Shown here: positions 6,800 through 14,869 of the stretch, piece by piece
Position numbering within the stretch: position 1 is the stretch's first letter
Layout of the letters: every line of letters starts with the position of its first letter
Source of the DNA: an uncultured bacterium
Lineage (GTDB): Bacteria; Patescibacteriota; Minisyncoccia; Phycocordibacterales; Phycocordibacteraceae
DNA length: 35,007 nucleotides
Direction: 5' to 3'
Assembly (NCBI GenBank): GCA_903825105.1
Contig: CAIJZI010000003.1
Location: forward strand, 1-35,007
Translations under genes and position numbers: made by a program
The notes under the pieces: model-generated
The model's database searches: none
What the model was told of the DNA's origin: nothing
What the model saw: only the letters and a program-made list of their open reading frames with translations

Positions 6800-8458
6800 A
6801 TGGAAAACCCGGAACGCGTTACTTACTTCGCGGCGACCGACAGTCGTGGGAAGCATATTCCTTTTGGTATTAAAGCGAAGGACCGCAATAAGCACATGTA
6901 TGTGATCGGGAAGACAGGTATGGGGAAGTCGACTTTGCTCGAGAATATGGCGATTCAGGATATTCAAAATGGTGAAGGGCTCGCCTTTCTTGATCCGCAC
7001 GGCGGCTCGGCTGACAAGCTCCTCGACTATATTCCAAAAGAGCGCGTCAAGGATGTCGTCTACTTCGCGCCGTTCGATATGGAGCATCCGATCGCTTTTA
7101 ATGTGATGGAGGATGTGGGCTATGACAAGCGCCACCTGGTCGTGTCGGGTCTCATGGCAACCTTTAAAAAGATTTGGGTCGATGCGTGGAGCGCGCGTAT
7201 GGAATACATTCTTACCAACACGCTGCTCGCGCTGCTTGAATATCCGGACGCGACTCTGCTCGGAGTGAATCGAATGTATACCGATAAGGATTATCGGAAA
7301 AAAGTGGTCGATAATGTGAAAGACCCGGTGGTAAAAGATTTTTGGACAAAAGAATTTGCGAATTATGGTGATCGCTACACTCAAGAGGCGACGCCAGCCA
7401 TTCAAAATAAAGTCGGGCAGTTTACCGGGAATCCGCTCATTCGAAATATCATCGGTCAACCGAAATCCTCTTTTGATATCCGCACGATGATGGACGAAAA
7501 GAAAATCATCATTATGAATCTCTCGAAAGGGCGCGTCGGCGATACCAATATGCAACTGCTCGGCAGTATGCTCACGACACGCATCTTCCTCGCGGCGATG
7601 AGTCGCGCAGATCTGCGCGGTTCAGAAATTGATAAACTCCCGAGTTTTTATTTTTATGTTGACGAATTCCAAAACTTCGCGAATGAGACCTTCGCCGAGA
7701 TTCTTTCAGAAGCGCGAAAATATAAATTGAATCTTCTTATTGCGCACCAATATGTGGAACAAATGGAAGAAGAGGTGCGCGACGCAGTCTTCGGGAACGT
7801 GGGTACCACGATCGCTTTCCGGGTCGGGCCATTTGATGCTGAAGTACTGGAGACTATTTTTATGCCGAGGTTTACAAAAGAAGATTTGGTGGGTCTTGGC
7901 TTCGCACAGATATATCTTACTTTGATGATCGACAGTGTCGGATCGTCGCCTTTCTCTGCTGTCACGATTCCGCCGATAGAAGCGCCGCAAGTGAGTTATC
8001 GTGATGACATTATTGCTTCATCGAGAAAGCAATTTACTTCAGAGCGCGCGGGCGTTGAAAAATTGGTTATCGAAGAGCTCGAAACGAGTACCGCAGCAGA
8101 AGCGCCACTCGATGCTCGAATGCGTAAGCCGCCACAGCGTATGAAAGCCCCAAGCACTGTGGCATATACTCCTTCTCAAACGCCTCGTACTGTCGCACCA
8201 CAAGTTGTTACGCCTCGGCCGCAGGTTACTCCTGTGCCAATTAAACCGATCGCTCCGGCGGCGAGTGGCAAGTCTGCCAGTGATTTAAAAGATATTTTGA
8301 GAAAGATGACCGAGAAAAACGGTACAGAAAAAGAGCAGAAACAAACGCAAAGCAGCCAATCACTTAAGGGTGCCTTGTCAGAAATAATTTCAAAAGAAAA
8401 ACAGCCCTTCGAAGTGCCAGAAGACACGCTGCGCACGATATTGAAGGGCGAGAATTGA
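6800..8458 (+). CDS. VirD4/TrwB/TraG-like (HerA-FtsK superfamily) ATPase
   Basis: Walker A GKTGMGKS, DPHG, Walker B FYVDEFQNF, and SEARKY...AHQY...VFGNVGT. Pro/Thr/Gln-rich C-terminal tail; no N-terminal TM segments evident. Confidence 0.85.
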   Translation: MENPERVTYFAATDSRGKHIPFGIKAKDRNKHMYVIGKTGMGKSTLLENMAIQDIQNGEGLAFLDPHGGSADKLLDYIPKERVKDVVYFAPFDMEHPIAFNVMEDVGYDKRHLVVSGLMATFKKIWVDAWSARMEYILTNTLLALLEYPDATLLGVNRMYTDKDYRKKVVDNVKDPVVKDFWTKEFANYGDRYTQEATPAIQNKVGQFTGNPLIRNIIGQPKSSFDIRTMMDEKKIIIMNLSKGRVGDTNMQLLGSMLTTRIFLAAMSRADLRGSEIDKLPSFYFYVDEFQNFANETFAEILSEARKYKLNLLIAHQYVEQMEEEVRDAVFGNVGTTIAFRVGPFDAEVLETIFMPRFTKEDLVGLGFAQIYLTLMIDSVGSSPFSAVTIPPIEAPQVSYRDDIIASSRKQFTSERAGVEKLVIEELETSTAAEAPLDARMRKPPQRMKAPSTVAYTPSQTPRTVAPQVVTPRPQVTPVPIKPIAPAASGKSASDLKDILRKMTEKNGTEKEQKQTQSSQSLKGALSEIISKEKQPFEVPEDTLRTILKGEN

Positions 8459-8496
8459 TTATTTTAATCACACTTACAATTCATACTTGCAATCGT

Positions 8497-9786
8497 ATGC
8501 GTAAAAATATTTTTGCCGTATCCTTGTTATTTCTTGCATTCCCCGCGTTAACTCATGCGTCTAATCCACCGACACTGGCAACTTATACCGTCTCTGATAC
8601 GACGATATACCCATCTGACAATTCAGGACTCGCAACGACAACGACAATCGATATTTCTTTTTCAGAACAAGTAAAAGCAAAAGCATCTATTGAAATAACT
8701 TCTGCAGATGGAACAGTGATTAAAAACCTCTATTCAAGTTCTGGTACTGTCACGAATCCTGCTGCAAAAATCTGGAACGGGACGAATGATGCCGGCACGC
8801 GAGTAAACGACGGGGTGTACACCATATTAATTTCTGCGACATCCGTAGCAACTAATCTGACAATGACCGATTCGTCAAAAACAATTACAGTAGCTTCAGT
8901 TCATAGTGCCACGGACTCTGATGATGGTTCTTCAAATTCAAATAATGCGACGACTACGGCAGTTGTGCTATCTGCTGGTACGGGAGGCCCGACAGAATTC
9001 TTACCCATACCGACCCTGCGTATTATCACCGGGGGTGATCGCACTATTTCTTCAAATGCTGACACCGCATTTACCGCCGTGGTATATGACAATAAGGGAA
9101 ATAAGCGCGATGACGCAATTATCTCCTGGTCATTTGGCGACGGAATGAAGAAAACGGGTGCGAGCGTTTTTCATTCTTATTATGACCAAGGCGAATATGT
9201 CGCCGTCGTTCACGCAGTCACCTCTGACGGAGGCGACGCTCTCGCCGAAATAAAAGTGATGGTGAAAGATGCGTCGATAAAAATCGTTTCTGTATCAGCG
9301 CGCGGGGTCACGCTCTCAAATGGTAGTCAGCGCACACTCGATCTCTCGCTCTGGCGATTATCATCTGGTGGACAAGAATTCAAAATTCCAGAAAATACTG
9401 AAATTCTAGCTGGACACACAATTCTTTTCCCAACACAAGTAATCGAATTGCCGAGTGCTAATTCAGCAGAACTTCTGTATCCGAGTGGGGAAGTCGCTGC
9501 GAGTTATCCTGTTGGAGCAGAAATGAAACTTTCTTCAGCTAGTGTGAGTATTAATACAATGCAGGCGGCCAGCCCGATTATTAGCGGAAAAAATACCAAA
9601 AAAAATGACGAAGCAGTAAATGCCCCCGCGGCGGCGACAGAGCTCGCGGCCGCGGGGGCAGCATTGCCCCAACCAACTTCTTCAGAAGAAAAAACTCCTC
9701 CCGTCTCGGGCGTATTCCATTCTCCATGGACACTCGGGCTTTTGGGCGTTATTGTAGCCGCAGGGGGAGCCTTTATTCTTCTCTAA
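8497..9786 (+). CDS. Secreted, C-terminally anchored surface protein (FlgD Ig-like + PKD + lamin-tail-like domains)
   Basis: Signal peptide MRKNIFAVSLLFLAFPALTHA; WNGTNDAG...DGVYTI (FlgD-like); WSFGDG...HSY...GEY (PKD); LSNGS...LDLSLWRL (LTD-like); C-terminal TM WTLGLLGVIVAAGGAFILL. Confidence 0.75.
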   Translation: MRKNIFAVSLLFLAFPALTHASNPPTLATYTVSDTTIYPSDNSGLATTTTIDISFSEQVKAKASIEITSADGTVIKNLYSSSGTVTNPAAKIWNGTNDAGTRVNDGVYTILISATSVATNLTMTDSSKTITVASVHSATDSDDGSSNSNNATTTAVVLSAGTGGPTEFLPIPTLRIITGGDRTISSNADTAFTAVVYDNKGNKRDDAIISWSFGDGMKKTGASVFHSYYDQGEYVAVVHAVTSDGGDALAEIKVMVKDASIKIVSVSARGVTLSNGSQRTLDLSLWRLSSGGQEFKIPENTEILAGHTILFPTQVIELPSANSAELLYPSGEVAASYPVGAEMKLSSASVSINTMQAASPIISGKNTKKNDEAVNAPAAATELAAAGAALPQPTSSEEKTPPVSGVFHSPWTLGLLGVIVAAGGAFILL

Positions 9787-9788
9787 AA

Positions 9789-10655
9789 ATGACAAAACAA
9801 AAACTCATTCTCGTGACTGGCGGTGCTGGCTTTATCGGCTCGCATCTCTGCGAGCGCTTGGTCAAAGATGGCCACCAGGTTATCTCGCTCGACAATTACT
9901 TTACCGGCTCTCGCGAGAATCATATCGAAGGCGTCGATTATCGCGAAGGTCATACGAAGGATATTGAGAAGCACGTTCCAGAAACGCCCGATATTGTGTA
10001 TCACCTCGGTGAATATTCGAGAGTAGAAAAAAGTTTTGAAGAACCAGCGCTTGTATGGGACTTAAACAAAGATGGTACATTTGGTGTACTTGAATTCTGG
10101 CGGAAGAAAAAATGCAAACTTTTGTATGCGGGTTCATCAACAAAATTTGCAGATGATGGCGCCGGGCGAGACCAAAGTCCTTATGCGTGGACAAAAGCAA
10201 CAAATACAGAACTCGTTAAAAATTATGGCAGCTGGTATGACTTATCGTATGCCATTACATATTTTTATAATGTGTATGGTCCCGGAGAACGCTCAGGCGC
10301 ATACGGAACAGTTATTGAAATTTTCAGAAAAAAATATAGTGCTGGCGAACCATTTACAATAACTGCTCCGGGAACGCAAAAAAGGAATTTTACTCATGTC
10401 GATGATATTATCGATGGCTTGGTGCTTGTAGGTTCGAACGGAATTGGAGATGGTTTTGGGATTGGCAATGAGCAAGCGTATTCAATACTTGAAGTCGCAA
10501 AACTATTTGGTGGTGAAATAGTAATGACTCTACCACGACAAGGTAACAGAATGATTTCAGAAATTAACACATCAAAAACACGTGCTCTCGGCTGGTCGTC
10601 AAAAAAGAATCTAGCCGATTACATTTCTGATATTTGTTTACACAAAACGGTCTAA
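9789..10655 (+). CDS. NAD-dependent epimerase/dehydratase (extended SDR)
   Basis: VTGGAGFIGSHL, YxxxK motif (YAWTK) and FYNVYGP. Start moved to ATG 9789. Confidence 0.9.
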   Translation: MTKQKLILVTGGAGFIGSHLCERLVKDGHQVISLDNYFTGSRENHIEGVDYREGHTKDIEKHVPETPDIVYHLGEYSRVEKSFEEPALVWDLNKDGTFGVLEFWRKKKCKLLYAGSSTKFADDGAGRDQSPYAWTKATNTELVKNYGSWYDLSYAITYFYNVYGPGERSGAYGTVIEIFRKKYSAGEPFTITAPGTQKRNFTHVDDIIDGLVLVGSNGIGDGFGIGNEQAYSILEVAKLFGGEIVMTLPRQGNRMISEINTSKTRALGWSSKKNLADYISDICLHKTV

Positions 10656-11860
10656 TGAAAAAAATACTGATTTTTTCGCTTAATTATTATCCGCGATTTA
10701 TTGGCGGAGCTGAGGTGGCGATAAAAGAAATCACCGATCGCGTGAGCCCTGATGAAATCGAATTTCATATGGTGGCACTGCGGAACGATTCGAATCTCTT
10801 AAAGGATGAAAAAGTCGGGAATGTTTTTGTCCACCGCATCGGCTTTACGCGCGATAATCCAACAATTTCTGATTTAAATAAATTCCCGCTGCGCTTGTTG
10901 AAGCATTGGTATCAGTTCGGCGCATTCTTCGCGGCGTTACGGTTGCATAAAAAATATCATTTCGATTGTACTTGGGCGATGATGGCGCATTCAACCGGTA
11001 TTCCTGCTGGGCTTTTAAAAACATTTAAGCCAAATGTTAAGTATTTGCTAACCCTTCAAGAAGGCGATCCGCCAGAATATATCGAGAAGCTCGCGCGACC
11101 GGTGTGGCCATTGTTTAAGCGCGCCTTTACCAAGGCCGACGCGCTGCAGCCGATTTCAACCTTCTTATTCAATTGGGGCAGAAGAATGGGATTCAAAGGC
11201 GAAGCCGAAGTTATTCCAAATGCGGTAAATATCGCGCATTTTTCTAAAGAGATTTCTTCTGATGAGCGAAATAAATTTCGTGCGAAGCTGGGTCTTACCG
11301 AAAACGATTTTATTTTGATAACCACTTCGCGTTTAGTGAATAAAAATGCGGTGGATGATGTTATTAGCTCACTCGTATTTCTCCCAGAAAAGGTACATTT
11401 TGTTGTTTGCGGTATTGGTCCCGATGAAGAAAAGTTACAAGAGCTCACGGTAAAAAATAATCTACAGTCGCGCGTCCACTTTATTGGACAAATTGGGCAC
11501 GATGAATTGCCTAAAGCACTGAAATCCTGCGATATTTTCATTCGCCCGTCGCGCTCCGAAGGAATGGGGAATTCGTTTATAGAAGCAATGGCTGCTGGCG
11601 TTCCGGTTATAGCGACGCAAGAAGGTGGAATTGCAGACTTCCTTTTTGATGCAAAGAAAAATCCAGAAAAAGAAACAACGGGCTGGGCAGTAGACAAGGA
11701 TTCTCCAAAACAAATCGCGGAAGCGGTTAAAGATATAATGGAAAATTCAGAAAAAGTGGCTTTCGTTACTGCCACTGCGAAAAAACTGGTTGGAGAAAAA
11801 TATGATTGGGATACGGTCGCCGAGAAAATGAAAATGGTGTATAACAAATTGTGTAAATGA
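10655..11860 (+). CDS. Glycosyltransferase family 4
   Basis: GGAE N-terminal motif and RSEGMGNSFIEAMAAG (E-x7-E). Start moved to ATG 10655. Confidence 0.9.
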   Translation: MKKILIFSLNYYPRFIGGAEVAIKEITDRVSPDEIEFHMVALRNDSNLLKDEKVGNVFVHRIGFTRDNPTISDLNKFPLRLLKHWYQFGAFFAALRLHKKYHFDCTWAMMAHSTGIPAGLLKTFKPNVKYLLTLQEGDPPEYIEKLARPVWPLFKRAFTKADALQPISTFLFNWGRRMGFKGEAEVIPNAVNIAHFSKEISSDERNKFRAKLGLTENDFILITTSRLVNKNAVDDVISSLVFLPEKVHFVVCGIGPDEEKLQELTVKNNLQSRVHFIGQIGHDELPKALKSCDIFIRPSRSEGMGNSFIEAMAAGVPVIATQEGGIADFLFDAKKNPEKETTGWAVDKDSPKQIAEAVKDIMENSEKVAFVTATAKKLVGEKYDWDTVAEKMKMVYNKLCK

Positions 11861-12717
11861 AGACTCCTCTTATTGGCTTTGTCGGGCAAGGGTATGTCGG
11901 TAAAAATTATGCCGACGATTTTGAATCGCGTGGATACAGCACCGTAAGATATTCACTCGAAGAGCCATATATAAAAAATAAAGAAAAAATAAAAGAATGC
12001 GACATGGTATTTATTGCTGTGCCGACGCCGACAACGCCAAAAGGTTTTGACGGCTCGATTGTGGAAGAAGCACTCACTCTGGTTGGTGTTGGGAAAATTG
12101 CGGTCATAAAATCAACTATAGCCCCATACCCATGTACAACAAAAAAATTACAAGCGACATATCCTGATCGCACTATACTTTTCTCTCCAGAATTTCTTTC
12201 AGAAGCGACGGCAGCAGAAGATGCTGCGCATCCTTTTGCGAACATTGTCGGTATGCCAATTGACGACGCTTTACATAAAGACGCAGCAGAAAAGGTGCAC
12301 GCCGTTCTTCCGGAATCCCCATTCTCTCTTACTTGCGACAGTGCAGAAGCAGAAATAATTAAATACGCGCACAACGGGAGCGCTTTTGTCGAAATACTCT
12401 TTTTTAATCTTATGTACGATCTCTCGGAGAAGCTCGGATGTGATTGGGCAGTTATTCAAAAAGCATTAGAGAACGATCCTTTAATCGCGCAGCGCTACGC
12501 GAAGCCGTTACATAAGTCTGGCAGGGGTGCTGGCGGGCACTGTTTTATTAAAGATTTTGAAGCATTGAGCCGCTCATATGTCGAGGCGGTTGGAGAAGAG
12601 AGGGGTATGAAGCTTTTCGAAGCATTAAAAGAAAAAAATAAAGTCTTGCTTATACAAAGTGGCAAGGATTTAGACCTATTAGCACAAGTATACGGCGACC
12701 TTTCAACATCTAAATAA
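11857..12717 (+). CDS. UDP-glucose/GDP-mannose dehydrogenase family protein, short form lacking the C-terminal domain
   Basis: GQGYVG, IAVPTP, IKST, SPEFLSE, EIIKYAHN and GAGGHCFIKD (catalytic Cys). Only 286 aa. Confidence 0.85.
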   Translation: MKTPLIGFVGQGYVGKNYADDFESRGYSTVRYSLEEPYIKNKEKIKECDMVFIAVPTPTTPKGFDGSIVEEALTLVGVGKIAVIKSTIAPYPCTTKKLQATYPDRTILFSPEFLSEATAAEDAAHPFANIVGMPIDDALHKDAAEKVHAVLPESPFSLTCDSAEAEIIKYAHNGSAFVEILFFNLMYDLSEKLGCDWAVIQKALENDPLIAQRYAKPLHKSGRGAGGHCFIKDFEALSRSYVEAVGEERGMKLFEALKEKNKVLLIQSGKDLDLLAQVYGDLSTSK

Positions 12718-12734
12718 TCGCGTAGAATAGCACT

Positions 12735-13826
12735 ATGCGTGTTGTTATAGCCACTCCGCTCTATCCACCAGACATTGGCGGCCCGGCGACTGATGCCTCT
12801 TCTCTTGTTTCGTATCTTGAAAAAAATGAGAAAGAAATAAAAGCGACAGTTTGTCAATTTGGTCGAGTAAGGCATTTGCCAAAATTGATACGCCATATCG
12901 CTTATGGATTTATTCTCGCGCACGCGTCACGCGGAGCGGATTGTGTAGTTGTATTTGATACTGTTTCTGTTGGACTGCCGGCGATGATTGTTTCTAAAAT
13001 AATGCGCGTGCCATTTATCGTGCGCGTCCCAGGAGATTATGCTTGGGAACAGGGCGTCCAGAGATTTGGCGTAAAGGATTCTATAGATGAATTTCAAAAT
13101 AAAAAATATGGATTTCGCGTCGAGCTCTTACGCGCGGTACAAAATTTTGTCGTGCGAAACGCTCTGCGTGTGCTCGCGCCCAGTGAATATTTTAAAAAAA
13201 TAATATTCGGATGGGGAGTGAAAAAAGGAAATGTAAAGAGAATATATCTCGGTCTTGATTTTACTACACACACAGAAACTCCAGCGAGTGTTCCAGATGG
13301 AAAAATTATATTTTCAGCAGGGCGACTCGTGCCGTGGAAAGGGTTCTCGATGCTTCTCCATATCTTGCCCGAATTGCCGGAATGGAAATTAGTTATTGCA
13401 GGAGACGGGCCATTAAAAAATGAGTTGTATGAACAAGCACAAAAGCTTGATATCTTAGATCGAGTGATATTTACGGGCTCTCTATCCCGCGCGCAGATTG
13501 TAGGATGGCTTAAAACGGCTGATGTATTTGTGCTCAACACCTCATTTGAAAGCTTTTCATTTCAAATTGTTGAGGCAATGGCTAGTGGCATCCCCGTTAT
13601 AACGACTCCGGTTGGTAGTATCCCTGAGCTTATAGAAAACGGCGTGAATGGCATTCTGTGTCATCCGAACAATGAAAAAGCGTTTAAAGAGGCTATTTTA
13701 AGTGTTGCCACGGAACAAGAGCTTTGGGTAAAACGCATCGTTTTAGCAAAAGAAAAAACAGGACAATTCACGAGTGGGAAAGCGATGGAAGAATTAGTGA
13801 AAGATATAAAAAATATATGCGCATAA
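12735..13826 (+). CDS. Glycosyltransferase family 4
   Basis: PPDIGGP, GRLVPWKG, GDGP and ESFSFQIVEAMASG. Confidence 0.9.
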   Translation: MRVVIATPLYPPDIGGPATDASSLVSYLEKNEKEIKATVCQFGRVRHLPKLIRHIAYGFILAHASRGADCVVVFDTVSVGLPAMIVSKIMRVPFIVRVPGDYAWEQGVQRFGVKDSIDEFQNKKYGFRVELLRAVQNFVVRNALRVLAPSEYFKKIIFGWGVKKGNVKRIYLGLDFTTHTETPASVPDGKIIFSAGRLVPWKGFSMLLHILPELPEWKLVIAGDGPLKNELYEQAQKLDILDRVIFTGSLSRAQIVGWLKTADVFVLNTSFESFSFQIVEAMASGIPVITTPVGSIPELIENGVNGILCHPNNEKAFKEAILSVATEQELWVKRIVLAKEKTGQFTSGKAMEELVKDIKNICA

Positions 13827-14869
13827 TGCTCATCGGCACCGATAGAAATATTTTTACGAACGGAAGTTTGGTGCAGAGGCGTATTGCCCGACTCGGGAGT
13901 GAATATTTAAAAGGGCTCGATAGTATTGTTTTTTCAATGCGTGGACATAACATAAAGGGACCGCAGGAATTGGCGCCGGCAGTGCACGCGCACCCAACAA
14001 ATTCGCGCTCGAGATTTTTTTATGGGTGTGACGCTATTCGTATAGCTAAACGGTTACCTCGTCCGGATATTGTTTCCGCACAAGATCCATTTGAAACAGG
14101 GCTTGTAGCACTGAGGATAGCGAGGCATTTTAAAGTGCCGCTTTCAGTAGAGGTCCATACAGATTTTATTTCGCCGTCATTTGCTAGAAGCTCTTTTCTT
14201 AATCACCTACGCGTTATGGCTGCGGGGTATGTCCTGCGTCGTGCTAATCGTATTTATGTTGTTTCTGAAAGGGTAAAAGAAAAAATACAAGAAAAGTATA
14301 ATCTTGCAGTGCCAATAAGTGTTCTACCGATTTATACGGACACAAAAAGATTTTCAGCTGTTAAACATTCGCAACACCCTAAATTTAAAACAGCACTGCT
14401 CTGGGTAGGTCGTTTTGAAAAAGAAAAGAATCCGATACTTGCACTTCGCGCTCTTGCGTATGCTCGTGGAAAAGGATATGACGCGGGGCTTACTTTTGTA
14501 GGTTCTGGGCGTCTAGAAAAAATCTTAAAAAAACAAACTCATAAACTTGATCTAGATGAATATGTCGAATTTGTTGGGTGGGTGCAGGACCTCGCTTCAT
14601 ACTATGCAAATGCAGATATATTACTCGTCACTTCAGAGTATGAGGGGTACGGAATGGCGCTTGTCGAGGCTCTCTCGGCTGGTGTGCCTGTACTTTCTAC
14701 TGGTGTTGGCATAGCACAGGAGGCGGGAGCATTTATAGCTGATAATAATTATTGCCAATCACTCATTGTCTGGCTGGAAGGGGATCGAGCTCAAGGCAGG
14801 TTAAAATTACATTCATATATGAGCGAAGACGAGTATATGGCTGCTGTTAAGGCGTATTACACACAATGA
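13817..14869 (+). CDS. Glycosyltransferase family 4
   Basis: VGRFEKEKN and YEGYGMALVEALSAG. Start moved to ATG 13817, which overlaps the previous stop. Confidence 0.88.
   Translation: MRIMLIGTDRNIFTNGSLVQRRIARLGSEYLKGLDSIVFSMRGHNIKGPQELAPAVHAHPTNSRSRFFYGCDAIRIAKRLPRPDIVSAQDPFETGLVALRIARHFKVPLSVEVHTDFISPSFARSSFLNHLRVMAAGYVLRRANRIYVVSERVKEKIQEKYNLAVPISVLPIYTDTKRFSAVKHSQHPKFKTALLWVGRFEKEKNPILALRALAYARGKGYDAGLTFVGSGRLEKILKKQTHKLDLDEYVEFVGWVQDLASYYANADILLVTSEYEGYGMALVEALSAGVPVLSTGVGIAQEAGAFIADNNYCQSLIVWLEGDRAQGRLKLHSYMSEDEYMAAVKAYYTQ

Noticed and set aside
6713-7555. 280-aa minus-strand ORF
   Set aside because: It is the antisense shadow of the ATPase gene and has no recognisable motifs. The same applies to 11056-11889, 26530-27231, 30738-31235 and the other short overlapping ORFs in the track.
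6800-8458. Integrative conjugative element
   Set aside because: There is no relaxase, VirB homologue, integrase or boundary repeat, and it is flanked by housekeeping-type genes.
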